From: Camelus dromedarius
Lineage: Eukaryota
Length of the DNA: 64,000 nucleotides
Direction: 5' to 3'
Assembly: GCF_036321535.1 (NCBI RefSeq)
Contig: NC_087447.1
Location: 52,206,001-52,270,000, forward strand
The translations under genes and the position numbers were made by a program. This document shows, in pieces, positions 40,600-54,379 of the stretch (positions within the stretch are counted from its first letter, which is position 1; each line of letters starts with the position of its first letter). The notes under the pieces are model-generated. The model was not told the DNA's origin. It worked only from the letters and a program-made list of their open reading frames with translations, and did not search any database.

Positions 40600-40830
40600 G
40601 AGAGGCCTTGGAGCCAGTTTTGGGTTGATCTAGACTCTGCCACTTACAAGGGTGGGAGATATTGGCAAGGAATTCAACTTAGCTCTGAGTTTCAGTTTCC
40701 TTATCTGTAAAATGGAACAAGGAATACTTCCTTCACAGGGTTCTTATGAACCTTAACTTAATGCAATGGTTGAAAACACTTAGTTCAGTACCTAGTACAC
40801 AGTTAAGCATTAAGAAATGAATGACTAATT
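40600..40830 (+). mobile_element. MIR SINE
   Basis: ctctgccacttac...ctctgagtttcagtttccttatctgtaaaatgg...cacagggttcttatga. Confidence 0.75.
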
Positions 40831-41028
40831 AATGCTCCATCCTGTGATTTACCAGGAAGAAAGGCAAGATGACTGAGAAAGTTACTTCTTTGGATGGAAA
40901 GAAGGCTTGAGGCAAGAGCTGAAGACTTGGAAACAGAAAGCCTAGATTTAATTCAAACTCTGCCGCTGATTAGCTGAGTTACTTTGGGGAAGTCATTTCC
41001 TCTCTTCAACTCTTTCCCATTTGTAAAA

Positions 41029-41262
41029 CAACAGCAGCAGCAATCATCAACACCAACATTACCACCGCCACCATCATCACCAACACCACCATCATTACCA
41101 CCATCAGCAACATCACCATCATCACCAACACCATCATTACTAGCATCACCACCACCACCATCACCAACACTACCACCATCATTATCACCATCACCACCAT
41201 GACCAACATCATCCTCACTGACACTGTCATCACAATCACTATCACTGCCATCACAACCACCA
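41029..41262 (+). repeat. Degenerate (CAC/CAT/CAA)n trinucleotide low-complexity tract
   Basis: Directly visible; it starts where a MIR core (..cccatttgtaaaa) ends. Confidence 0.95.
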
Positions 41263-44200
41263 TCCCAAAAGACTGAGGAAGTGAAGTCCCACTGGGCCCA
41301 GAGTTGAGGACACAGATGTGTTGGGGGTAGGAGGTGGGACACACAATCTGTGCTCCTCCAGGCCATGGGAATCTATTCAAACAGTTGTCTTGTGTGGTTT
41401 GTCAAGAAGAAAGACCACATGAATGAGTAAGGACTTAATGAGGAATTTCTGAGATGAGATCGCTAGCCAGGCTGCCGAGAACCCAGGGGCCTGAGTAAAC
41501 ACTTGTATAAAATCTGACTTCACTGTTTCCACAAACCTAACCAAAGTACTGGGAAACTTGTCAGCTCACATTTCATTACAGGCTGGTTGTTGAGTCAGGG
41601 CATGTTGATTTAAGCTGCTTTCATTAAATCCTGTTCTCTGAGTCAAACAGCAAGACACTCACCTCGGGCAAGAGATGGTCCCCCTTCCTAGGAGGGCTAG
41701 ATGGCGGGGGCCTATCTCTGCCAACCTCACCACCTGGAGTCAGTGCTGATGGTGAAAGGACCACGGAGGATGTCAGCTGGCCTGCAGCCCCTGACGGGAA
41801 GGCTCTAGGCGGTGACTGTGCCGGCCCTGCCGTGCCAGGAGCAAATAATACAAAGAGTATGACTTGAGCTACTGCTTGCTGGGTGTCTGAGTTGTGCTTG
41901 CCAGCATGCTAACCTCTTTACCCACGTATTCTCACCAAATCCTTACAACAATCCTGTAGGTAATCTTACCTAAAAGGAAACTGAGGGTCAGGGAGGTTAA
42001 GCAACTGGTTGAAGCCATTCAGCTGGTGGGAAGCAGATCCTCTGAAACAAAGTTCAGTGCCTGTTCACTACCCTGTAGCCAAATCCCTGAGCACAAAAGA
42101 CAGGCCCTTGGCTACAGCGGCATCTGCTCAGTGAGGCATCTCTTACTCAGCTTCATGGCCTAAACGCCATTTCAAACAGCCTCTACTCTGTGAAGGTGCC
42201 CTCGGAAGGGAGGGAGGGGAAGGGCAGGAAGCGCTCCCCCTCTAGGCGCTGCTCTCTGTGTGTACCTGCATCTTCTAACTTAATCCTCACGTAACCCTCT
42301 GGCGTAGGCACAGCTGTTATCTCCATTTTTCAGACAAGGAAACTGCAGTCAGGAAAAGCCGAAGAACTTGCTAAGATCACACTCAGGACTGTACAGGTAC
42401 TGCCTGTAGCGCAGGGAGAGGGAACTACCATCAACATGCACTCAGCAGCCTTCAAACTGGCTTCCAGTGAGAAGTGACGGCGAGGAGAAGTCGTGGCCTT
42501 GGGGAGGCAGCGCAGAGTGTGTGCAGCGTGCTGGGGCCCCAGGCTGGGCTGTGCCTCGCAGCTTCAGGCACAGGAAGCCTTAGGTAAGTCTCTGAGCCCA
42601 GTGTGAGGATGGGGATGATACCACGCCTGTCACCCCGCCTCACCGGCTGTTGTTGCTGGTGTGTGTGTGGGTGTGTGTGTGACAGAGACAGAGATCTTTG
42701 TATGCTGTGAAGCACATGACAAACACACATCATTATTCTTATTGCAAGAGAAGACAGCGATTTTGAAGCCATCTTTTAAGTTCCTGGCCTCATGGCAATC
42801 ATGACACTGTTTTAGTCAGTTATCGGTTAGAGATTTAAAAATAATAATCCACATTCCTGAAAGAGCACATTTCCTCTAGCCACTCTCAGATGTCTCCGTT
42901 AATATCAAGGGCTCTCACCAATGGGTGTTTTAAGCATGATCACAACATAGCTAAGATGAACTGAGCCCATATCACGGGCTGAGTAGCATGCTAAGTGCTT
43001 TTTTACATTATCTTCAATAATTCTCCAAATAATAATTTTCCAAGTTCTAACCCCACAAGGTAGGTACTATCATTATCTCCATTTTACAGCTTACAGAAGA
43101 GAAGTAACTTGCCCCAGGTCATAACTAGTGAGCAGCAGGGCCAGCGTCTGAGCCCAGGACCACTGGGCCCTGGGCTCTTCCTATCACAAGGAGCTTTTTG
43201 CCTTAGTGAATGAGGCCATGTGTCTGATCCTGGCTGCGGGGAGTGGGGGGGCACAGAGTTGAGGAAAGTGCACTCTCACAGTTCCACTGAAGTCCCTTCC
43301 AGTGGGTCTGCAGCCTCCTTTTACAGCGCCAACTGAGGAATACTTGTGATCTCACTCGAAGTTACACCTGCCTCCATCAGAGGCTGTGGAGTTTCATCAG
43401 GGATTAACAGTGCATGGACAGTTATATTTCTGTCATAAATTAGCTTTGTGGCCACATAATGAATAATACAACCCAGTGTGGCTTTAAGAGGACTATTTAT
43501 TACAGTGCTATAAACAGAGCTATATAAAAAGAATCACTCCTAAGACTGCACATCTGTGTCCACAGTCATGTCTCTACATGAGCTTTGCAAACAAGGATAA
43601 AAGTCCAATTCAGGCTGTGTATTGAACACCAGTTCTCCATTCAATGGAGAAAGGCAACTCAAAGTATTCCAAAGGCACAAATGCTGCACTGGATCTCGTT
43701 TTTGCCAAAGGTCTCAACCATCTTTCCCTGATCACTCCCAGAACTGTTAACACGCAAGATGATGAGTCAATCTGAGCTTCACTTTGTTTAAGTGGTGTGG
43801 TGGGGAAAGTGACTGAGGGTGAAGAAACGTTGATGGAGAAGCTGTCGCTTTTCAGCTGTGCATCCTTGGGCAGGATTACTTAGAAATTTTCTGGGCCTAA
43901 GTTTCTTTATCAGTTAATTTCTCTTCAAGTGTTTGTTTGCTGCCTCCCCTCTCCCTTCCCAGGATGCAAGCTCGCCAAGATAGGACTTCTTACCTGCTTA
44001 TCCCTTCTAAATAGAAGAGTGCCTTGCACACAGTAGGTGTTCAGTAAGTATTCACTGAGTAAGTACTATGTAAATTGGTAAAATGGGGATGATGATGCCT
44101 TTGTGTGGCTTTAAACAGTTAGACGAGATCCCAGAAGTGACCACAACTACTACATACCAGTAGTGCACTAGGTGATCCACCTATGTTCTCATTTACTCCT

Positions 44201-44944
44201 CACCTGGAGAGGGTGTCTAAACCATCAGGTGCTTATAAACAGAGGGTGCCAACAGAATGGTCCTTTGAACTTTATGTGTAAATTCTGCGGTGAACCAAAT
44301 TCCAAAATTAAGAACACATTCAATCATGTGCTTTTTCGTCATTCATTCATTCATTCATTCAATCATTCACCAGTGTCAATTGAGCAACTGCTGCGGGCGA
44401 GGCCTATGCTGAGTCCTGGGAATGTGGAATAAGGCATGTTTTCTATCCTCGTGGAACTTACGTCTCATGGAGGATCTGGCTAGAAAGGAAGTAGGGGCCA
44501 CAGCACAGAGCACCCTAAATACTACACTGAGTTTGGACTTCATTCTGAGGAGTGGGTGAAACCAACATCCCTGACGATCTCACAGAGGCCCACTGTCCCT
44601 ATGGCCTTGCCTCTAGGGTGGCCATCATAATGCGAGAGACGAGATTGCAGTGAAACACATCTATCATAATTAACACATTAAGGGGTGATGTTTTGACTCT
44701 CAAGGCCACCACTACGAAAGGAATGATGTGAAGATAGGATTTGTGACTCCTCTGCCCATCTAAGAGTAGGGGTGTTGAAGGCTAGAGTTCAGGGGAAGAA
44801 GAAAAGCATTCAGACTCGTAGGTAACCTCCTGCTACATGACTGAGGATGGGGTCAGAGCATTGATCAGGACTGAATGGTGTACACATACCAGTGGAAACC
44901 TCCTCCCTCCACCCATGCTATGCCCTTCTTCTCTCCACATTTAC

Positions 44945-45145
44945 CGATAGAGCAGTCATGTCCGGTCCAGCTGGGGTCACAGCTGCAAAGCCCGGTGTCT
45001 GGGAGGAAGGTTCCGTGGCCCGAACACTGGTCCAAGCACGTGGCCCTGGGTGTCTCACAGTTGGTGCCTCCCCAGCCCACAGAGCAGTGGCACTCGCCTC
45101 TCACGCAGACACCCCGGCCCGAACACGTGGGGTCCATGCAGTCCA
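44945..45145 (-). CDS. TENM4: Teneurin-4 coding exon, EGF-like repeats 4-5 (201 nt): [14 protein letters not shown]...[12 protein letters not shown]
   Basis: Acceptor cacag|TG, donor ATCG|gtaaat; 67 codons. EGF5 has Phe in place of a Cys (GTFLPD). Confidence 0.97.
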
Positions 45146-47139
45146 CTGTGACATGGAGGAGAGACAGCATAGGTAAGTATCAGACCAGCAAGGGTGAGGC
45201 TTCTGTAAGCAGAGCGCTATACTCTGTAGTGGAGGGCTTCACACACTTGGGGAGAAGGATGCAAGTTTCCCGTGGAGAGGTCACTTGGTAGGGTGACCAT
45301 TTGGTGGGACGATGAATAGCAATGACTTCAGCAATGATAGATCTGGGGTCCCAACTTAACCCAGTGATTGACTGTTTACCTTTCAAGCCTCAGTCCCCTC
45401 ACCTGTAAAATGTGGATACAAATTCCTACCTCTTGGTTTGAGGGGCACACAGAGTAAGAAATATGTGTATAAAGCACTCAGGGCCTATCCTACTATGTCT
45501 GTAACAACTGCAACAATAATAGAGAACAAGGCTTTGTTTTGTTCACTCTGTCTCTCCACCTCCTAGAACAGTGCCTAGCACACAGGAGGCACTCTAAACA
45601 TCATGGTAGAACAGATGATTAGTGTTTACCACTTCTTAATGCAGTATTATTTCCATGAATATGGGACTAAAATAAAGAAATTCCTTAATTTAAATGAGAA
45701 TTTATTTTGCATTTAAATTCCATGAGATTTTATCATCTTCCCCAAATTCTTGTGAAATGTTTCCAAGCAAACATTTTAATAACTATTCAAAATTATGCAC
45801 GGTGGATGTGCACAGCTCCTCTGCAAGTGGTGGGTAGACTATGCAGCTGTGATTCATAGCCAAGCACCGCCCCACCCCACCATGTCAGGGCTCTTAGGGC
45901 CCCAGGTCAGTGGTCTCAAGAGACCTCCCAGAAAGAGGGAGGAGAGTGACATTGGGGGTTACATGCTTTCTGCTTGCACGACAGGAAGTGCTTTCCATTC
46001 CTCATCAGATTCAGTCCTCTCAATAACCCACTGAGGTACAGATGAGGAAACTGAGGCTCAGAGAGGTAAATAATTCATACCAGATCACACAGCTAAACCC
46101 TGCCAGAGAGGAATCTGAAGACACGTCTGTCTGATTTTGAATCTGGTGATATATCTGTTCCTGGGGTTGATTTTCCTAAATCAAAGTTTTACTTATGGGG
46201 TTACACAAAATTCACAGAGACCTTTAACCTTCCACAAAGCACTTCACAGAAAACATTGGAAGAAGGGTATTGAGAGCTAACTTATCACATGAACATGTAA
46301 AGTGTAAAAGTCAGCAGAGAGAAGACAGAATTGGCCAAGGGTTGGTCCATGTTCTCTACTCAACCAAAGAGCTGTTAGATCAACTTTGTATTGCAGGGAG
46401 GTAGGGGATTTTATTCATCTTGTAATTGGAAGGGGAGATGGGTGTCCCGTGGGGGCCCAACATGCAGCTGTTGTTAAGAGTGTTGACAGAGCTACGATGA
46501 ATGCAGTCAGGTTCCTCCTTAAAGGATGCCATGAGAAAGCCATATGCTGCAGGGAAAAAGTTCAGCATTTGACCTCTGAGGTCCTAAGATCAAGGGTCAC
46601 AGGACAAACTGTGATGGTTCATGACTATGGTCAAGTCCTGTACCTGCTCTGAGCTTCCATCTACACAGCAGGTACAGGAAAATTACCTATGTCTCTGGTT
46701 GCTGTGAGGACCAAACGACACTGAGGATCTGAAAGGACTGTGTAAACTGTAAGTTGTTGCAAAGAAGTTATTTCTCCATCCTATCAGGACATTCAGTAGC
46801 ATGACTTAGGCAAACTGTGATCAGAGATCATTTATAATTCAGACATGCTTTTACTTTATTTATCGATTAAATGGCATAACCCAGTATATTTGACTTTTGC
46901 ACAAAAGACTGGGAAACCCAACCTAGGTATACTAGAGACACAAATGGGTAGAGACTTTACAACAGCAGCATTCTGGTAACAAGCTGTTCATTCTGAGGGC
47001 CAGCTTATCAAGAAAACTCACTTACTACTTAGGTTTTTAAAGGAGTTCAAGGTAATTACCTAAATGATAAAGAAGGTGATCAAAGTCAGGAGTCACTGTT
47101 TGCTAAAAACACAATAATGATAACAGTAGTGACAACAAC

Positions 47140-47345
47140 TAGCATTAATTTAGTCCCTCTTCTATGCTATAACTCGTTATTAAATATTTTATATATATTA
47201 TCTCATTTAACCCTAACAACAACCCTTTGAGGTAGGTACCATTATTATTCTCATTTTACATATGAGGAAACTGAAGCACAGAGAGGTTAAATAACTTGCC
47301 TAAGATCACCCAGTGGTAAGTAGAGGAATTTAAATTTGAATCACT
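47140..47345 (-). mobile_element. MIR SINE
   Basis: tctcatttaaccctaacaacaaccctttgaggtaggtaccattattattctcattttacatatgaggaaactgaagcacagagaggttaaataacttgcc. Many further MIR fragments in the window are not listed individually. Confidence 0.88.
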
Positions 47346-50300
47346 CTTTCCTCTATAACCTTATTGGTTCCAAAATACACACATACATGCATACAGTTGT
47401 AAGCACATAAAATGGTTAAAAATAGAAATCAAAACAAAACAAGGAAAGAAATAGAGCAAGATGGAGAATTAATAAAGCCAAATGAAGGCAAAGAATCTTT
47501 TCTCCTGCAGCCTCTGGACTTAATAATGGTTTAAACATGACCTGTTGGAGTTCCTGGTAATTAAAAATGATAAAAATAATCATAGTGATATATTTTTATG
47601 ACCTGCCTCAGATCTCAGAACCTCAGAAGGATTATTCTGGCCCATTAGGCTCCTAGGATAATTCCCTAGATCCAGACAGTTTTCCAATTTGACAGGAAAC
47701 GACTCAGCAGTTCCTATCCTGAGGCCTATAAAGGTATTTCCCGTTCTGTGAGAGCCTGGATCCCAGGTTCGGGTTGAAGCTGTCTCTGAGGCACCCCCGA
47801 GGTTGAATCTATAAATCTACTCTCTTAGTGGAGCAAGCTGAGAGGGTGCCAAGTTTAGCAAGAGGCCCTTGGTGTCACAGTCCTTTTCCAAGACATAATA
47901 AGTCTGATAGGAACCCAGGAACCATCAAAGTGAATTGAACACCCTCAGAAGATGGTCCAGGCAGGGAAGAAAGAGCAGAAAGAACTGATGAGAGGATACC
48001 TCCAGGCAATCCATCATCAATTAATCAGCACCTCTGCAGGTCAGCTTGGCAAAGCAAGTGTGGAATGTGAGGAGAGTTTTAAAGAGGACCGCATCTCGGT
48101 GGAAGGCAGGTCCAGGAAACCTTGGCTGAACTGGCTGAGATTCCTGCCAGAACGCTGTTTCTGCTGATCCCAAACCTAGGGCCGTTATCTGTGCCACAGT
48201 GACCTTCTGCCGAAGAGAAGCCACCTAGACTGGGCATCTTCCCTCCCTTTCTGGGGCCTTTGCAGTGAGGAGAACCCTAGGATGGGATTAACACTGGGGT
48301 ATTTTCCCTAACGATATTTATTCACAGGGAGCTGTGCGTAACATGTGAAGATCTGGTGGGGCCGGGGTCGGAGAGGTGAAGGAATACAGGAAAAGCTGGC
48401 TGGCAGCTTCGCATAGAAGACAGTCTAACTTAGCCTCTTCTTAGGAGAGGTGCCAAGCAATTACATTTTTTCCCTCTGCAGAGCTTGCCATTAAAGCCAA
48501 AATTTCTGGGAGACGCTTGGTCCGTTAACAAAATGATGGGGCCTGCATGGCCAGGCTGCGAACACAACTTTTCTCCTGAATGGTCCACAATCCCAGTGAC
48601 CGCGCAAGCTATCAGACACTCTTCAAGACCCAAAACACAGCACCTCACTTTTCACCACAAAGGCCTAGGTCTGGCCCCTCTGCCCCTCCCCCAGCTCCTT
48701 CCAAGAGTCCCGCTGGCGCAGTTGAGGCTTTAAAAAATATGGGGCAATAAACTTCAGAAGAAGGAAGAGGAGAGAGAGCAGAAAGTAAGCTTGTTAGCTG
48801 ATGTTTTATAAACATAGTGAGAACTGTTAGAACAGAGCTGAGGGAGGAGGGGAGGAGGGGAGGTGGGGGAGAGGATGAAGGCCGAGAAACGCCCATTATA
48901 AACACAAGGGCCAGGCAAGGATGCTTCACTAGAGAAACAGAAATCATAAGAGGAATCAGTACCAGATGGCCCTCCTCAGGAAAGAAAGAAGGAATGAAAA
49001 CACTGCTTTTCAAACAGATAATGTAAATCAAAGAGCTAAACAATTTCTTTCTCTAAGCGACCCTGCACTCAGGGGCGCTGACCAGTGCCGGCTGATCAGG
49101 AGAAGGACCACTTCCCCTGCTCGGCCCACACAACACGGTGCGGGTGGGGGTGGGACAGCCCCATGGTTTCAGAAGGGATCTCCTCTTTGTTTTCCCTTCC
49201 TTCACAGGGTCTTCACCTCACGGGATAAAAGGAAAGGGGAAAGCAGATGAAGGTCACCATTGTCAGGATGAGAAAGCCAGGTTCCTTTGTTCAAGGGGCT
49301 GAGGCTCCTTGTTGCGCTCAGACAGCCCGAAGTAATCCGCATCAAAGTTAATATGTCTGAATCAGGACCTCCAGTCACACTTGGGGTTCACAGACAGCCT
49401 GTCTCCGAGAGGTGACGGATGCCTTCCAGACACTAATCCCTTCCCGTTCCCCACTCTTTAAAATGGGCCCATTATATTCTCTTTGTTCAGGGGAAATGAT
49501 GCCTTGAGAGGGGACTATCTATTAAATCCCAAGTGGGTTAGAAGACTAGCTCTCCTTGGAGCCTCTCCACCCACTGGAGCAGGTGCCGTGGCCCCAGACG
49601 GTGGACAGTGGGAAGTAATGACTATTTGCATTGTCCATCAGTTTCAACAGCAAAGTACATCCATTTCAAAAGACTCTGGATAAAGTGAGTGAGGTGGAAC
49701 AGGAAGTGTGCTCCAATGGCCAGAATAATGCTAATAATACAAGAGTGAACACTTACAGAGTATTTCCTATGTGTCAGACACTGAGCTAAGTGCTTCATAT
49801 GAGTCATTTAATCGAGTCCTCACAACGACCCTCCAAGGAGGGAATTCCCATTTTACAGATGAGGAAACTGAGGTTAGTCAGTGGCAGAACCAGAACCAGA
49901 ACTCAAAGCTCCATCTGATTCCAGAGTGTGCACTCCCAATGGCTACTCTCCACTGCTTGTGGAGAAGAACCCCCCCTCTCACCAGGAAATCCCATGTGGT
50001 CAGGAGGAAAGAGCACTGGGTCTGAGGTGTAAAGACCTGGGTTGAAGTCCAGCCCTGCCATCAGTTAGCTCTCTGGCCATGGGCGTGTCGCTGCCATTCT
50101 CTGGGCCTCACATTCTTCGTTTGTGAGATACAAGTATTTACTTATCTCACCTGGTGAGACTTCTGAGAAAGAACTGAAGTTACTGTTAAGTCAGCAGTTG
50201 ACTTTCTAACCTTCATCTGCACAGGGATACGTTCACTTTATGAAGGAGGGAGACACATGTATGAACACCCAACAGCCACAAACATGAATGAACACAAACA

Positions 50301-50827
50301 TACACACACACACACAGAGGAGTGTGACAGCAGAAGGCAACACCTGGAGGTCTATACTAGACTCAGGCTTCAGAAATGGAGCGCAGAGGAGCTTCAAGGG
50401 GAGGAGAAAGAACTCAGGCTATGGAGCCAGAAAGACTGAGCTCAGACTGGGCTCTGCCGCCTACCAGCCGTGGGGCCTTGGGCAAGCCATTTGAACCCTT
50501 GGGCCTCAGTTTCTTCTACTGTAAAACTGAGGTGATTACCCCTCCCCACTGGGGTTTGAAGTTAAATGACACAGGCTTTGAGAACAGAGCCTTGCATGTA
50601 GTCAGTGCTGAAGACGCCTGCTTCTCTTCCCCTCACTGAGCAGGACCCTGATTCGTCTGTCCTCGCCCTTGACGTTAATTCCTATTGCTGATGGCTTCCT
50701 GGCTTGAGGGGTTGGGGGTCACAGGGCAGCTCAGGAGGCTTCTCTGCTCCCTGGAGGCCCTCAGGGCCCTGCCTGCTAGCCTCTATCTCAAAGCCAAGGG
50801 CGGGAGCCGCCTGCCCACAGGTCTTAC

Positions 50828-51022
50828 CTTCCTCACAGTTCTCGCCTTTGTAGCCGGGGTTGCAGATGCAGGTGCCCATGATGCAGGTGCCGTGGTTGCT
50901 GCAGGCCACGTCGATGCACTGGTTGGTGGGCACGTCGCATTCGGCGCCCTTCCAGCCGCTGTGGCACAGGCACCTGCCCTTCATGTACTGGCCGTTCCCG
51001 CTACAGAGCACAGGGCAGGAGG
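50828..51022 (-). CDS. TENM4: Teneurin-4 coding exon, EGF-like repeats 2-3 (195 nt): [18 protein letters not shown]...[12 protein letters not shown]
   Basis: Acceptor ctctccag|CC, donor AAG|gtaaga; 65 codons. EGF2 has Tyr in place of a Cys (GQYMKG), the teneurin dimerisation hallmark. Confidence 0.97.
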
Positions 51023-52112
51023 CTGGAGAGACACCATGGGAAGTGTGGCATGAATCCACGCCCCACGTACCCAGCATGCCTCAGTCCCCTCTCCCCTGGC
51101 TATGAGTGCTTTGCCACAATTACCATGTGCATCCATCTGTCTACTTCTCGTGCTTTTGGTTCATCCTAGTGAAAACACATCTAGGATTGTAGGGGTAGGT
51201 GTACCATGCAGGGCCTGACGCAGTTGGTGCCCACTGAACACTGCCTTCCCCTATCCCTCTTGTATTACTGCATGGAGGTCGCTGGGACCCTTAGACAGTA
51301 GGCTTCAGTCTATTCCTTGGGGTCACTGGAAAAGACAGCTGGGTGTTCTGCCTGCCTGGCAACCCTCCTCCAGCACTCTCCTGCTGACAGCCCTGCATTT
51401 TGCTTCCCCCTCCCTCATGTGCAGCCCCACTTACTGTCGTCTTTAACCCAGCCAATCTTAGCTTTCCTTGCCTTTCTGCCTCCCCGAAAGCCCCATACAC
51501 CACTGCCCCCATAAAAAAATAGCCGAGCCCAACCTTGCTCTTTAAAGTATTGTCTTTCCATTCTGCCTCTTATTTTAAAGGGTTTTGTGATCACCTGTAC
51601 GAAGGACACTACATAAAAATAAATTATATTGCATTGTGCTGTAAGTACCTACCAGCCTTACCAAGATACAAGAAGGCTGTTTTAGACATGACTCTTAAGT
51701 TTAAGTGCATATGGGATGAGACAGTAATTCTTGTTAGAAGGAATGACTCATCCCTCTGTACCGCCCTCCACCAGTTCCCACCTGGCTTTTCTTTCTTTTT
51801 TAAAGCACTCAGCAGGTAATCACTGTGCTTCCTCAGGGCTGCCGGCTCTGCTGCCTCAAACTAAGCCTATCTCACGTTAGGGAGAATAAGCAGAATCCCC
51901 ACAGCAGCATCACGGCGTGGTATCTGCAGGGCACCGTCTTCAGCGTGGAAAACCACCTCTGCCTCCTGCCCATGACCCACGACTCCAGCATCCGGTCTTA
52001 GTCAATGTCACCTCATCTGGGGCCCCTTTCTTGGTCCTTATTCTGTCCAAGCTAGGACCCTTTCATACTGATAGATGTTCCCTGCATCTCACCTTGCTTT
52101 AGCATTCTTTAC

Positions 52113-54350
52113 TTTTTTTTTTAATTGAAGTATAGTCAGTTTACAATGTGTCAATTTATGGTATACAGCATAACGTCCCAGTCATCCATATACATATATA
52201 TATTCATTTTCATATTCTTTTCCATTATAGATTACTGTAAGGTATTGAATATAGTTCCCTGTGCTGTGCCTAAGAAACTTGTTTATCTATTTTGTATATA
52301 GTAGGTAATATTTGCAAATCTCAAACTCCCAATTTATTCCTCCCTACCTCTTTTCCCCATAAGTTTGTTTATTGTGTCTGTGAGTCTGTTTCTGTTTTGA
52401 AAATAAGTTCATTAGTGTCTTCTTTTTTATTTTTTTAGATTCCACATATGAGTGGTATCATACGGTATTTTTCTTTCTCTTTCTGGCTTACTTCACCTAG
52501 AATGATGATCTCCAGGTCCATTCATGTTGCTGCAAATGGCATTATTTTATTCTTTTTTATGGCTGAGTCATATTCCATTGCATAAATATATCACAACTTC
52601 TTTATCCAGTCATCTGTTGATGGGCGTTTAGGTTGCTTCCATGTCTTAGCTATTGTATATAGTGCTGCTATGAATACTGGGGTGCATGTATCTTTCTAAA
52701 TTAGAGTTCCCTCTGGATACATGCCCAGGAGTGGGACTGCTAGGTCATATGGTTAAGTCCTTTTTCAGTTTTTAAAGGAATGTCCATATTGTCTTCCATA
52801 ATGGTTGCACCAAACTACATTCCCACCAGCAGTGTAGGAGGGCTCCCTTTCTCCACAGCCTCTTCAGCATTTATCGTTTGTGGGCTTTTGAATGATGGCC
52901 ATGCTGACTGGTGTGAGGTGATATCTCATTGTAGTTTTGATTTGCATTTCTCTGATAATTAGTGATACTGAGCATTTTTTCATGTGCCTATTGGCCATGT
53001 GTATACCTTCACTGGAGAATTGCTTGTTTAGGTCTCCTGCCCATTTTTGGATTGGTTTTTTTGTTTGTTTGTTTGTTATTAAGTTGTATGAGCTGTTTAT
53101 ATATTCTGGAAATTAAGCCCTTGTCAGTCGCATCATTTGCAAATATCTTTTCCCATTCCATAGGATGTCGTTTTGTTTTGCTTGTGGTCTCCTTTGCTGT
53201 GCAAAAGCTTGCAAGTTGAATTAGGTTCTACTTGTTTATTTTTGGTTTTATTTCTGTTCCCTGGGTAGTCTGCCCTAGGAGAACATTGCTAAGATTTATG
53301 TCTGAAAAGGTTTTTCCTATGTTTTCTTCTAGGAGGTTTACCATGTCTTGTCTTATATTTAACTCTTTAAGCCATTTTGAGTTTATTTTTGTGTATGGTG
53401 TGATGGAGTATTCTAACTTCATTGATTCACATGTGGCTGTCTGGTTTTCCCAACACCATTTGCTGAAGAGACTGTCTTTCTCCATTGTATATTCTTGCCT
53501 CCTTTGTCAAAGATTAATTGGCTGTAAGTCTGTGGGTTCATTTCTGGGCTCTCTATTCTGTTCCACTGATCCACATGTCTGTTTTGTGTCAATATCACGC
53601 TGTCTTGATTACTGTAGCTCTGTAGTATTGTTTGAATCTGGGAGGGTTATTCCTCCAGCTTCATTCTTTATCTTCAGTGTTGCTTTGACTCCATATAAAG
53701 TAAGATTACTTATGCTAGTTCTGTGAAAAATATCATGGGTAATTTGATAGCAATCACATTAAATCTGTAGATTGCTTTGGGTAATGTGGCCATTTTAACA
53801 ATATTAATTCTTCCAATCCAAGTGCATACAATATCTTTCCATTTCTTTAAGTCATCTTTAATTTCCCTAATCAATGTTTTGTAGTTCTCCACGTTTAAGT
53901 CTTTCACCTCCTTGGTCAGATTTATTCCTAAGTATTTTATTGCTTTGGATGCAATTTTAACAGGATTGTTTTTTTTACTTTCCTTTTCTGATATTTCATG
54001 GTCAGTGTAAAGTAATGCAACTGATTTTTTATGTTAATCTTGTATCCTGCTACCTTGCTGAATTCTTTTATCAGCTCTAGTAGTTTTTGTGTAGAGCCTT
54101 TAGGGTTTTCTACATATACTATCATGCCATCCACATAGAGTGACAATTATCTCTTCTCTTCCAATTTGGATCCTTTATATTTCTTTTTCTTGCCTGACTG
54201 CTATGGCTAGGACTGCTATTATGTTGAATAGAAGTGGTGAGAGTGGGCATCCTTGTCTTGTTCCAGATTTTAGTGATAAGACTTTCAACTTTTCATTGTT
54301 GAGTATTATGCTGGCTGTGGGTTTGTCATAAATAGCTTTTATTATGTTGA
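52113..54350 (-). mobile_element. 5'-truncated LINE-1 (3' part of ORF2, 3'UTR and poly(A)), younger copy
   Basis: ORF-track fragments match L1 ORF2 RT/C-terminus ([46 protein letters not shown]). The T10 tail is at 52113-52122. It is flanked by a degenerate direct repeat at 52086-52112 and 54353-54379. Confidence 0.93.
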
Positions 54351-54379
54351 TAATTTCACCTTGCTCTAGCATGTTTTAC

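Noticed and set aside
40953..41380. Pro/Ser-, Gly/Asp- and Val/Met-rich ORFs
   Set aside because: Translations of the (CAC/CAT)n low-complexity tract.
46770..47110. CR1/L3 RT-like remnant
   Set aside because: Too degenerate to assign boundaries or family by eye.
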